64,000 nt of DNA from Candidatus Parcubacteria bacterium. GTDB taxonomy: Bacteria; Patescibacteriota; Patescibacteriia; CAIXNZ01. The notes under the pieces were generated by a model that was given only the letters and a program-made list of their open reading frames with translations, was not told the origin of the DNA and searched no databases. Position numbers and translations under genes: made by a program. Numbering within the stretch: position 1 is the stretch's first letter; each line of letters opens with the position of its first letter. The stretch is from the NCBI GenBank assembly GCA_026395685.1, contig JAPLYG010000016.1, forward strand, positions 65,035 to 129,034. The letters are read 5' to 3'. Shown here in pieces: positions 1 through 9,184 of the stretch.

Positions 1-189
1 CAAATCGCCGATGTCTGCCTTTACAAACTTATAGTTAGGATTGTTTTCAATGTCTTTTAAATTATCCAGATTGCCGGCGTAAGTCAAAATATCCAAATTA
101 ACAATTTGGTCGTCTGGATAATTGGCCAGCCAATAGCGGATAAAATTGGAGCCGATGAATCCGGCGCCGCCAGTAATGAGTAATTTCAT
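1..189 (-). CDS. rfbB: dTDP-glucose 4,6-dehydratase, N-terminal part (runs off window)
   Basis: Manual translation from ATG at 189: MKLLITGGAGFIGSNFIRYW...VNLDILTYAGNLDNL, the typical RmlB N-terminus. Confidence 0.9.
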   Translation of the reverse strand, partial: MKLLITGGAGFIGSNFIRYWLANYPDDQIVNLDILTYAGNLDNLKDIENNPNYKFVKADIGDL

Positions 190-199
190 AGGTATAATA

Positions 200-267
200 A
201 AACACTGATCAATTCTCACTGATTACACTGATTCAATCTGTGTTATCTGTGGAATAAATCTGTGGTT
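200..267. repeat. Fold-back microsatellite element, family D (cacagat/cactgat ... atctgtg)
   Basis: aacactgatc..cactgattacactgatt followed by complementary atctgtgttatctgtgg..atctgtggtt. Confidence 0.7.
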
Positions 268-329
268 AAGTTATCAAATATATGTTAAAATATATATATA
301 CATTACCACTTAATTATTCAAAATTCAAT

Positions 330-806
330 ATGAAAGTTTCTGTTTTAAAAGGATTCAGTTTTGGCCTGACTTCTGGTGTGATTACCACCTTGGGCTTAAT
401 GGTCGGGCTTTATGCCACTACCCACTCCAAACTAGTCATGATTGGTGGGATTTTATCAATTGCTGTAGCCGACGCTTTTTCCGATGCTTTAGGCATGCAT
501 ATTTCCGTGGAATCAGAGAATAAACACAAGACTAAGTATGTCTGGATGGCGACCATCAGCACTTTTGCCGCTAAATTTGTTTTTGCCATATCATTTGTTT
601 TACCGATTATTTTATTCAGCGATTTTACGGCCATTATTATCGGCTGTATCTGGGGCATTCTAGTGCTAACGGCTTATTCTTTTTTTCTGGCTAAACAGGA
701 GAATGCCCAGCCTTACAAAATAATCGGCGAGCATGTGGGCATTGCCATTCTGGTCATTATTATCACTAATTTTGTGGGACAGTGGATTGAAAAAATATTT
801 AGATAA
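330..806 (+). CDS. VIT1/CCC1-like membrane protein
   Basis: FGLTSGVITTLG, AVADAFSDALGMHISVESE motifs, several TM helices; likely start ATG 330 (ORF from 282). Confidence 0.75.
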   Translation: MKVSVLKGFSFGLTSGVITTLGLMVGLYATTHSKLVMIGGILSIAVADAFSDALGMHISVESENKHKTKYVWMATISTFAAKFVFAISFVLPIILFSDFTAIIIGCIWGILVLTAYSFFLAKQENAQPYKIIGEHVGIAILVIIITNFVGQWIEKIFR

Positions 807-811
807 CTTTA

Positions 812-912
812 CAAAAAACGCTCAGGCAGAAAAAATATTAATTTTGTAGAGACGCCCCCGCGCTGCGGGGCGTCTCTACAGGAGTTTATCCTATCTGCCT
901 GAGCGTTTTTTT
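812..912. terminator. Bidirectional terminator-like hairpin with a GTAG-type REP palindrome in its loop
   Basis: aaaaaacgctcaggcaga...tctgcctgagcgttttt between convergent genes; inner tgtagagacgcccc-cgcgctgc-ggggcgtctctaca at ~845-880. Confidence 0.75.
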
Positions 913-1366
913 ATTTAATCAAACTTAAATCCTGATTAATCACAATGGGCTGCATACCTTTAATTTCTTCAAAATAGCTGACGCCTTCGGGAATTGGATT
1001 ATATAAATATATCGGCTTCTTCAACCAGTTCGCCAAAGCCATTTCCATCAACGTATTACCGCCGATATAATTGGCTATGTTGTTTTTTTCATAATTTAAA
1101 ACTAAAATCACATCAGCCTGATTTATCTTTTCATTATGCCACGAAATCGCCTGATTTTTACGTTCCCATACCCAGTCTAGGCTTTCACCCTTTTCCACCA
1201 TTTCCTTGCGAATACGATAATATTCTTCAACCGGAATCATTTCCCCATCTTTATTGGGAACCTCATGGGGCGGGGTTAAGACTTGATGCCCTAACGTTTC
1301 TAATTGTTTCTTAACCTCAACGATCTGAGGCCAGAACTTTATGGAGGCGCAAATAGTAATTGTCAT
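911..1366 (-). CDS. Nucleoside 2-deoxyribosyltransferase-like (NDT) small Rossmann protein
   Basis: ITICASIKF, KINQADVILVLN, YIGGNTLMEMALA..LKKPIYL pattern. Confidence 0.6.
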   Translation of the reverse strand: MTITICASIKFWPQIVEVKKQLETLGHQVLTPPHEVPNKDGEMIPVEEYYRIRKEMVEKGESLDWVWERKNQAISWHNEKINQADVILVLNYEKNNIANYIGGNTLMEMALANWLKKPIYLYNPIPEGVSYFEEIKGMQPIVINQDLSLIK

Positions 1367-2268
1367 ATTATCTTTTTATTAGCTGCCGATTTACGATGAC
1401 TTAAAACAAAATCTAGATCTTTTTTATACTGTTTTCTTCTATCTGCTAATTCTTCATTATGCTGTTTTTTACGGATTGCCAAAACTTCTTTTGTGGAAAA
1501 AACTGGAGTATCATCATGTTCCACCAAAACTTCCAAAGCCCTATCCATTCCGTAATTCAATTTTTCACCCTGTGGAAAAGGCTTGGCATACTTAGTTAAA
1601 CAGGCTGTAATATATTTTTGTTCAATTACCCCTCTGAGCATAACTTTACCCTGCCTGGAACCTGCGATTTGCGAGACTAAGGAAGCTGGCAGATCTAAAA
1701 CAATAACCAAATTTCCGTATTTAGCTGCTTCATAAGGGTCAGTCGTAGCAGAAATAAAGGGCGAAAACGCGGAATGAGAACTGCCTCGGCTATGAAAAAA
1801 ATGCAATTGCTTGATTATTTCGCTTATTGGATTGCCTAAAATCACTCTCTCCTTAATTTTTTTTAAATCCTGATCAAGATACATTGTTTCCTCATATGGC
1901 AATAAAGGTCGAACCGCTTCTACGTATTTTAAAAAACTCTCATAAGATAAATTTATTGCCAAATTTGCCACAGTGCGCTTTAATTCATTAAATCTCTCCT
2001 GATCAAATTTATCACTTTTTGTTTTAATTTTACGCAAGGCGTATGGCAATTGTTCCAACATGCTTTCATCCGAATTAACCATTCCGCGGTAAACACGAAG
2101 CATTTTTTCCTTAACAGGCTGCTCCCTTTCGAGAACAATTACCTGCTGAAAGATATCATCATTTGCAGGATAATCTTTATGGCGAATATGCGCCTGCTTT
2201 AAAACGCGTTCAACAGCATTTGTAATGGCTGATCTTTCTAAATTTTTGCTCTCAAAATCATTAAACAT
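1363..2268 (-). CDS. Hypothetical protein with ADP-ribosyltransferase-like motifs
   Basis: 301-aa ORF; LRVYRG and FISATTDPYEAAKYG motifs; overlaps downstream gene by 4 nt. Confidence 0.5.
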   Translation of the reverse strand: MFNDFESKNLERSAITNAVERVLKQAHIRHKDYPANDDIFQQVIVLEREQPVKEKMLRVYRGMVNSDESMLEQLPYALRKIKTKSDKFDQERFNELKRTVANLAINLSYESFLKYVEAVRPLLPYEETMYLDQDLKKIKERVILGNPISEIIKQLHFFHSRGSSHSAFSPFISATTDPYEAAKYGNLVIVLDLPASLVSQIAGSRQGKVMLRGVIEQKYITACLTKYAKPFPQGEKLNYGMDRALEVLVEHDDTPVFSTKEVLAIRKKQHNEELADRRKQYKKDLDFVLSHRKSAANKKII

Positions 2269-2273
2269 ATTTA

Positions 2274-2675
2274 TTAATACTCAAATTTAGATTTTCTTAA
2301 TTTCTTTATTTTAGAAACATGCTTTTTGGATTCCAGCCTTCTTTCCTTGGAACTCTTGGTAGGATTAGTTTTAAATCTAGCTTTGGCAGGAATTAAGGCC
2401 TCATTCACCAGCTGATTAAGCCTGGCAATAACAACTTCCTTATTTTGTGACTGAGCACGTTCGCTTTGCGACCAGAGAATAAGCTCACCCTTTTCAGTTA
2501 TTCTGCCGTGTAATTTGTGAAGAATTATATGTTTTTGTTCGGGACTTAAAACCTGTGAATTATAAACATCCCAGCGCAAAGTCGCTTTGGTTTCAACTTT
2601 ATTGACATTCTGTCCCCCTTTTCCCCCGCTTCGGGAAAAAGTAATTTCTAATTCTTTTTCCGGTATTTGAATCAT
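2274..2675 (-). CDS. arfB: Alternative ribosome rescue factor ArfB (YaeJ)
   Basis: SRSGGKGGQNVNKVETK GGQ motif and basic tail TKSSKERRLESKK. Confidence 0.92.
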   Translation of the reverse strand: MIQIPEKELEITFSRSGGKGGQNVNKVETKATLRWDVYNSQVLSPEQKHIILHKLHGRITEKGELILWSQSERAQSQNKEVVIARLNQLVNEALIPAKARFKTNPTKSSKERRLESKKHVSKIKKLRKSKFEY

Positions 2676-2716
2676 AAATAAGATTTATATTGACTACACT
2701 TCTATTTAATTTTTTA

Positions 2717-3406
2717 TTATTCTGCCGAATCAATTAATTCCTGATAATTCAAGCTGGTATACGGCCAATTTTCCGGCAAGCCGTGTTTGAGGTGGTTATA
2801 CACCGTATAGTTATAACGATTTTCAAAATCTTTTTCAGATACCAGATGGTTTTCATGGAATCTGATAAAGTGGTCGAAAAATGATTTTTGCCAGCGGAAT
2901 TTTGGGTAGGGATTTGTCCCATTGTAAACTGTAACAAACCTAGCTCTTAATTCATTTATCCGTTTTAAAGGATATTCGCCTTCGTCGCCCATTCGTAGGC
3001 GACACAAGCTTGTGTCGCCTACGAATGGCACGCCTACTTGAGATGCGCTAAAACTTTTCGTTAAGTCGCCTACTAATGTAACGTCTGCGCTAGACGCGCC
3101 AAAACTTCCCGTAAAACCTGATGTAATATTTATATTCCTAGAAACATTACGCTTTAAAGATTTTAAGATTTGCGAAATATTAAAGATCTGCCCTGGCGCA
3201 ATTAATAAATTCACGTGATCGTATATAATTGAAAATCCATACAGCTTAAAAGCCTTTAACTTCTTGCAAATATTCAAATCCTCAATAAAGGAATCGCAAA
3301 AAATAGCCTCCTTAAAATACGGATAATTATTATGGGTCTTAATTACGATATAATAAACTGCACCGGGAAAATAAATTCTTTTAAACGAATTTTTATGCAA
3401 TAACAT
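2717..3406 (-). mobile_element. REP-associated tyrosine transposase (RAYT/Y1 HUH) with in-frame REP insertion; HUH altered to H-V-N
   Basis: YYIVIKT, IYDHVNLL, WQKSFFDHFIR, YTVYNHLKHGL..WPYTS; 40-bp palindrome at 2989-3028. Confidence 0.85.
2989..3028. repeat. Perfect 40-bp GTAG-containing palindrome (REP) inside RAYT gene
   Basis: ccattcgtaggcgacacaag|cttgtgtcgcctacgaatgg. Confidence 0.9.
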
Positions 3407-3408
3407 TT

Positions 3409-3861
3409 TTAATCAATTTTAAAAGGCGAGGCCGGATCCTTTTCCCAGCGGATTTCATCAACTTCTTCAGTCTTGCCTTCTCCTTTATATAATTTATCCG
3501 GTAAATTAATGGAATAAGCAGACTCTTTTGAAATACACTTATAACCATGCACTACTCCCGGGGGGACCGAAACACCAACCGGGTTATTCTCCCCCACTTC
3601 AATTAATTCCTTTTGCCCAAAAGTCTCACTATCCTTACGATTGTCCCAAAGATACAAATTAAAACTTCCCGGCCCGACAAAAACGAAAAAATCACTTTGC
3701 GCCTTATGCTCATGAGGCCCGCGAATAATACCTGGATTGGTTACGGAAACATAGCCCATGGCCGGCTGATAATTAGCTTCGTCGCGACGGTAAATTTCCG
3801 ATAACCAGCCGCGCTCATCAGAAAACTTTTCCAATTTTTTTATAATTACTCCCTGCAGCAT
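3409..3861 (-). CDS. rfbC: dTDP-4-dehydrorhamnose 3,5-epimerase family cupin
   Basis: DERGWLSE, PGIIRGPHEH, VPPGVVHGY. Confidence 0.85.
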   Translation of the reverse strand: MLQGVIIKKLEKFSDERGWLSEIYRRDEANYQPAMGYVSVTNPGIIRGPHEHKAQSDFFVFVGPGSFNLYLWDNRKDSETFGQKELIEVGENNPVGVSVPPGVVHGYKCISKESAYSINLPDKLYKGEGKTEEVDEIRWEKDPASPFKID

Positions 3862-4232
3862 AAAGATATTAAATAATAACTAATTATAGCGCTGGCGACT
3901 CCGACTAAAAGCGCCAGATAGCCGATTTGTCTGGTAAAATAAGTGCTGATTAATCCCAAAAGAATAGCACAGAAAATTATTGCGGAATAATCCAAAAAAT
4001 TTAAATTATTTTTTTCTCGAACTTTAGGCTGATATAAAAATACTGTTATTAAACCAAAAAGCAGAAGCAGCCCCAGCATTAAATCCAGGCTAACATAACT
4101 TAAGATTATCCGGGGTTTAATAGCTTCCGCGATGGTAAATACCAAAAACAAAGCAAACAAAGCCAAAAACAAATCTTTAGCGACAATACTAATTAAATCC
4201 CTTGTTTCCTGTTTAATATTGATTTTTAACAT
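3846..4232 (-). CDS. Small membrane protein
   Basis: 128 aa, ~4 hydrophobic segments, overlaps neighbours in operon. Confidence 0.7.
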   Translation of the reverse strand: MLKINIKQETRDLISIVAKDLFLALFALFLVFTIAEAIKPRIILSYVSLDLMLGLLLLFGLITVFLYQPKVREKNNLNFLDYSAIIFCAILLGLISTYFTRQIGYLALLVGVASAIISYYLISLCCRE

Positions 4233-4782
4233 AGGTAAAATAATTCATTAAATTTTGCCAGATATTATCCTGCCAAATCGGCTTTCTTTCCAGCCGGACC
4301 TTGATTCCTAAAATTTCAATTCCCCCTTTTCCAATGTCATACTCAGGTACTGAAATCATAAACCTCAGCTTGCCATTATTAATATTTTTATCAGCCAAGT
4401 CATACTCTGCCATTCCAATTTTATAACTATTTGACGAATCTTTCAACTCATTTAGCGGTTTTAAATCCCAGCCATTTTTCAAATTCGGGCCAAGCAGGAT
4501 CTTATTGCCGTATTCATTTTTATATTTCATTTCAACTTTTATCCTAATAAAGTCCCTGGGCAAATACAAATCAAAATAAACCGGTTCAGCCTGCAGATAA
4601 TTTGTCTTAGCCATAACTATGCGATCCTGGGGTTTGAGCACGGAAAAATATGGCGTGAATTTCAGAAAATCAGTTTTTATTTCCCGATAACCCAGCCAGG
4701 CAAAATCCTGTAAAAATACAAACAATAATATAGCCGCAGTGCCGACTATGACGATAATACTTAAAATTTTACTGATTGTCAT
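4213..4782 (-). CDS. Membrane-anchored hypothetical protein
   Basis: N-terminal TM helix; likely start MTISK at 4782. Confidence 0.7.
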   Translation of the reverse strand: MTISKILSIIVIVGTAAILLFVFLQDFAWLGYREIKTDFLKFTPYFSVLKPQDRIVMAKTNYLQAEPVYFDLYLPRDFIRIKVEMKYKNEYGNKILLGPNLKNGWDLKPLNELKDSSNSYKIGMAEYDLADKNINNGKLRFMISVPEYDIGKGGIEILGIKVRLERKPIWQDNIWQNLMNYFTYVKNQY

Positions 4783-6412
4783 TCTCTTCATAATCGACAA
4801 ATTCTATTTTATACAGGCTTTCCTTGGCTGTTATTTCCTTTTTATCTCTTAACTCCAGGCCATACTGATTTAAAAGCAGATTAAATTTATTTAAAAAATC
4901 TTCGCCTTCATAAGAATAATAATAAAGGGGCACTTTGTTTTCAATAATATTAGCCCAGCGATCATAATCATCTTCTTGCCAGCGTCCAATCACTTTGCGT
5001 TCAGGAAAAAATACCTTATCACTGCGCTGGCTTATAATAATCGCCTGATCTTCAGTCAGCGCCAAGACCTTTTGCGAAATTGCCTGATAATCCTTCAAAT
5101 TCCCTGCAATTTTAATTAAATTATCTTCTCCGCTAAAGTATACGAGATTTAAGCTAAAGGCAAATAACGAGATGAAGACAAAAATCCCGGCTGCTATTTT
5201 TAATTTTTTACCGTCAAATAAACCAATCAGCCAGTAATAAAAGATTGCCGCAAACGGCAGGGCCAAAATATATATCGGCAAGAAATAACGCACGTACGAA
5301 ATGCCCAGATGATTCAGCTGCAGAGTCATAACATCTTCAAAAATCCAGCTGCCGTAATAAGCAAGCAAATAAATACTGACCAAGAAAAAAACCAAAAAAT
5401 ATACTGCCTGTTTTTGCGCCTGATATTTCTTAAAAAAAATCAAAATGCCTAAAAGCGCGCCCACAAAATATAAGGGGAAAAGCTGAAGTACATAAGTATT
5501 AAAATTCGCCAGGATCGCGCGCGGATGCAGGCCAAACGGTAAAATTAAAAATTTGGTCAGGTTGATGAATTCCGAGCTGGTTGCTTTAAATTCAGTGGGC
5601 AAAGCAGAGGCCAGAGTCGGACCATTTTGCAGGCGCAAATAACCGAATGACAGAAAATAGCCGTAAGTCTGCTGATTAAAATAAAAAATCGGCAAAAAAA
5701 CTAAAATACATATTGCGCAAAAAATCAGACCAAATTGCCACTTGATATTCTTGCGATAAACCAAAGCTAACAGCAATAAAATTCCCAGGATCCAGATGAA
5801 CTCATTTGTGCGGATGGCCAAAGCCAAGGCAATAAACAATAAACCAACGGCGATCCTCAAATAATTTATTTTAATGTTCTGGTTTAAACTCACAATTAAA
5901 TAAAAACCAACCAGTAAAAAAGCAATGAAGGCGGTATTGGGCAAAAATGAAAAATTGGCATAATACCACCAGCCTGGAAAAATAAACATTAAAAGTGCGC
6001 TGAAAAAAGCAATTTTCGGCTCAAAAATTTTCAGCAATAATTTATAGAAAAAGATAACGCCGATAACCGCCAATAACGAGGTAACAAATCCCACAAGTCC
6101 GATACCGATTATTTTCCCGATTAATCCATAAAGCAAAAGCATTCCCAGAAACGAGCCGGGCACCAGATTCCCCTGATAGACATTAAAGCTTCTGGGTTTA
6201 ATTATATTATCAACGTTTAAATTTATCGGCTCAGCAAAGCTAAAATTACTCTGGCTGACAAAATTCTTAATAAAAAAATAATTGGCAGTTTCATCCGGCC
6301 AGGTAAAATGGCTGCCTGGATTTGAGAAAATCAAAAACGAATAAACAAAAAAGAATACCACTGCTAAGGATGATAGAATCAAGATTGGTTTGGTTTTTAG
6401 GTTTAAGCTCAT
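4769..6412 (-). CDS. GT-C fold glycosyltransferase (PMT/ArnT-like)
   Basis: WPDE motif after first TM, many TM helices, YVRYFLP. Confidence 0.75.
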   Translation of the reverse strand: MSLNLKTKPILILSSLAVVFFFVYSFLIFSNPGSHFTWPDETANYFFIKNFVSQSNFSFAEPINLNVDNIIKPRSFNVYQGNLVPGSFLGMLLLYGLIGKIIGIGLVGFVTSLLAVIGVIFFYKLLLKIFEPKIAFFSALLMFIFPGWWYYANFSFLPNTAFIAFLLVGFYLIVSLNQNIKINYLRIAVGLLFIALALAIRTNEFIWILGILLLLALVYRKNIKWQFGLIFCAICILVFLPIFYFNQQTYGYFLSFGYLRLQNGPTLASALPTEFKATSSEFINLTKFLILPFGLHPRAILANFNTYVLQLFPLYFVGALLGILIFFKKYQAQKQAVYFLVFFLVSIYLLAYYGSWIFEDVMTLQLNHLGISYVRYFLPIYILALPFAAIFYYWLIGLFDGKKLKIAAGIFVFISLFAFSLNLVYFSGEDNLIKIAGNLKDYQAISQKVLALTEDQAIIISQRSDKVFFPERKVIGRWQEDDYDRWANIIENKVPLYYYSYEGEDFLNKFNLLLNQYGLELRDKKEITAKESLYKIEFVDYEENDNQ

Positions 6413-6423
6413 TGATTTGTTTT

Positions 6424-6467
6424 AATTAAGCTACTAATTTACTAATTGGATACTAATCTACTAATTT
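6424..6467. repeat. tactaat repeat arm (family C) at 3' end of GxxExxY gene
   Basis: ctactaatttactaattggatactaatctactaattt. Confidence 0.75.
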
Positions 6468-6913
6468 AAGAATTTTCTAAACTTACTTAAATTTAATTCA
6501 GCTGATTTTGTTTCCATACCAGTGGATAAATTTACGACTCTTAAGTAATTAACACCTTTGGGCGTAAAATTTACCAAAATCGCCAGATCCTTTTTTGTTG
6601 CCTGCAAATAACCCTTTACCTGATCAAAATCAGCTTTAGCAAATCTTTTACCAACTTTCAACTCCAAGACAATTTTATCCTCAATTAAAAAATCCAAATA
6701 ATAGCGGCCTATCGCTTTACCCTTAAAAATTAATTTAAATGGCACCTGCTTCTGATATTTGATTCCCTGTAAATCAAGGCTGCGCTCAATCGCTTTTTGG
6801 TAGTATTTTTCCTGATACCCATAACCCAGCTCATTATAGACATTAAAAAGCACCCCAACCACCTTGTAGCTCAATTCCTTATGTAATAAATCATCCCTAT
6901 AATTCCCCGCCAT
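6461..6913 (-). CDS. GxxExxY protein (PD-(D/E)xK-like)
   Basis: LGYGYQEKYYQ, YYLDFLIEDKIVLELK, QVKGYL...AILVNF. Confidence 0.92.
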   Translation of the reverse strand: MAGNYRDDLLHKELSYKVVGVLFNVYNELGYGYQEKYYQKAIERSLDLQGIKYQKQVPFKLIFKGKAIGRYYLDFLIEDKIVLELKVGKRFAKADFDQVKGYLQATKKDLAILVNFTPKGVNYLRVVNLSTGMETKSAELNLSKFRKFLN

Positions 6914-6950
6914 AGTATTAGTAGATTAGATATAATTAGCTGATTAGTAA
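6913..6950. repeat. attagta repeat arm (family C), complementary to 6424-6467
   Basis: agtattagtagattagatataattagctgattagtaa. Confidence 0.7.
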
Positions 6951-6994
6951 CCCTATTACCTTTTATTTTAGCAAAAATATGATAAAATTAAAAC

Positions 6995-9124
6995 ATGTAT
7001 AAAATAATTTCTCTCATTACATGTAGTACGCTAATATTAGCCATTTTATTAAATTTAAACTGGCTCCACTCCTCTTATCTCGGGGTAATTTTAAGTTTAG
7101 CCTACCTGATAATCTTTGGCTATTTGCTGGGCAAACTGGTATTTCCTTCATTTGAAAAATCCTGGCAATGCCTCATGGGTACATTTTCCCTGATATGCAG
7201 CTATTCCCTCTTAGGCGCGTTTGTTTACTATTTTTACCGCCTGGACCAGCTTGTCGTCAGTATTCTTTTAACCGTAATTTCAGTAGTTATCTTATATCTA
7301 TATTTTCCCAAATTCCAAAATTTCAGATCTCAGCTCTCAGATCTCAGCTCTCAAATCAAAGCAACCTCATACAACTTCATAAAACCTAATATAACTTCAT
7401 ATAACATAGTTCTCACATTCACCTATTTACTCCTTTTCAGCGTCGCCACCGTCCTCTTATTCTCCTGCCAAACCACCGAGGCCATCAAATCCACCTGGCA
7501 AGTCATTCCCAAATCATTTTTCCTGATTTACTTTTTAGCATCCCTTAATTTATTATTACTTCTAATTAAATCTCAAGCAACCTCATACAACATAATACAA
7601 CATAATAAAACTTCATATAACTTGTTTCTAATCAGCCTACATTTCTTCCTCACAACTTCTGTCGCCCTAATCATCTACAAACTCGGCTACGGCTTTGACC
7701 CGTTCATCCACCAGGCCACGGAATCAGCAATTTTCAAGCAGGGATTTATTTTACCCAAGCCTTTATATTATTTGGGGCAATATTCCATAGTGATCATATT
7801 GTCTCATCTGTTTCAAATCTCAACCGACTGGATTGATAAACTTTTATTGCCGATTTTGCTGTCAGTCTTTTTACCATACACAATTTATACGAGTTTAACC
7901 AAAGCTTTTCACTGGGCGAAAAATCAGGCGCTGACTTTGTCCTTAATATTTTTAATCTTGCCTTTTGAACTTTTTATTGTAACTAACCCCCAAGCCCTGG
8001 CCAATTTGCTGGCAATTATAATTTTATTCCTGTCATTTTTGTATTTAAAAGACAAACAAATTCCTTTTTGGTTTTTAGTCTTTTTAACTTTAATAACTTT
8101 GGCAATTCATGCGCTGGCTGGCATCCCCATTTTGATCTATTTAATCCTAATCTACTTAACCAGCCACAACGGCAAAGCCAGCCGAGTAATTACCCCGATT
8201 TTTTCAATTGTCGCAGCCTGTATTTTACCAGTAGCTTTATATATAAATTCTTTAGTCTCAAGTTATAAAGTTCAATTCAACTGGCAATCATTTGATTTAA
8301 TAAGCTGTCCGACAATTTTTTCCAAACAATTTAATTACTTTTTAGATTTAGCTTATCTGTACAAAAATAGTATTCACTGGTTAATTTTAATTCTAGCCTT
8401 AATTACCTTTGTTATCCTGATTCGACGTAAAATTACTAGTTATTTCATTCCCAGTTTACTGACCTTTTTCATCCTGATTGCCAATGCCATTTTCCTGAAT
8501 TTCACCAACGTATCCATGATTATCAATTATGAACAAGGCGAATTTAGCGAGCGGGTATGGCAACTGGCGTTTTACTTTTTACTGCCCACTTGTTGTTATG
8601 GCATTTATCTAGTCTTAGAAAAAATTGAGCTCAAACCGTTTATCTATAAGTTTGCCTTTATTTCTGCTTTTAGCATAGCCATAACCGCTTCCCTTTACCT
8701 GAGCTACCCGCGCTTTGATGATTATGATAATTCCAAATTTATCAACGTATCAGCAGCTGACTTTGACGCTTTAAATTTTATTGAAAAAAACAGCGCTGGC
8801 AAGCCATACATTGTCATTACCAACCAATCTACTTCGGCGGCAGCTTTAAAAACCTTTGGCTTTACCCGCTACTACCATGGACACTATTTTTATCCGATTC
8901 CAACCGGAGGAGAATTATACAAATATTATGAAAGCATGATATATGAAAAAGCCAGCAAAGAGACTATGATTAAAGCCATGGATTTGGCTGATGTCGATAT
9001 TGCCTATTTTGTACTTCCCTTTTACTGGAGTCGCTTTGAAACCATCAGCAAACAAGCTGAAGCCTCAGCTGATGCAGTCTATAATTTGGGCAATAAGGTT
9101 ATGGTTTTCAAATATTACAAATAA
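6995..9124 (+). CDS. Large polytopic membrane protein (GT-C-like), with two in-frame microsatellite inserts
   Basis: 709 aa, many TMs, YGFDPFIHQATE loop motif. Confidence 0.75.
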   Translation: MYKIISLITCSTLILAILLNLNWLHSSYLGVILSLAYLIIFGYLLGKLVFPSFEKSWQCLMGTFSLICSYSLLGAFVYYFYRLDQLVVSILLTVISVVILYLYFPKFQNFRSQLSDLSSQIKATSYNFIKPNITSYNIVLTFTYLLLFSVATVLLFSCQTTEAIKSTWQVIPKSFFLIYFLASLNLLLLLIKSQATSYNIIQHNKTSYNLFLISLHFFLTTSVALIIYKLGYGFDPFIHQATESAIFKQGFILPKPLYYLGQYSIVIILSHLFQISTDWIDKLLLPILLSVFLPYTIYTSLTKAFHWAKNQALTLSLIFLILPFELFIVTNPQALANLLAIIILFLSFLYLKDKQIPFWFLVFLTLITLAIHALAGIPILIYLILIYLTSHNGKASRVITPIFSIVAACILPVALYINSLVSSYKVQFNWQSFDLISCPTIFSKQFNYFLDLAYLYKNSIHWLILILALITFVILIRRKITSYFIPSLLTFFILIANAIFLNFTNVSMIINYEQGEFSERVWQLAFYFLLPTCCYGIYLVLEKIELKPFIYKFAFISAFSIAITASLYLSYPRFDDYDNSKFINVSAADFDALNFIEKNSAGKPYIVITNQSTSAAALKTFGFTRYYHGHYFYPIPTGGELYKYYESMIYEKASKETMIKAMDLADVDIAYFVLPFYWSRFETISKQAEASADAVYNLGNKVMVFKYYK

Positions 9125-9142
9125 ATTAATTCGCATAAAAAT

Positions 9143-9172
9143 AAAACGGGTCACTCTTTAGTGCCCGTTTTT
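9143..9172. terminator. Bidirectional intrinsic terminator
   Basis: aaaacggg-t-cact-cttt-agtg-cccgttttt between convergent genes. Confidence 0.7.
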
Positions 9173-9184
9173 AATATTGTTTAT

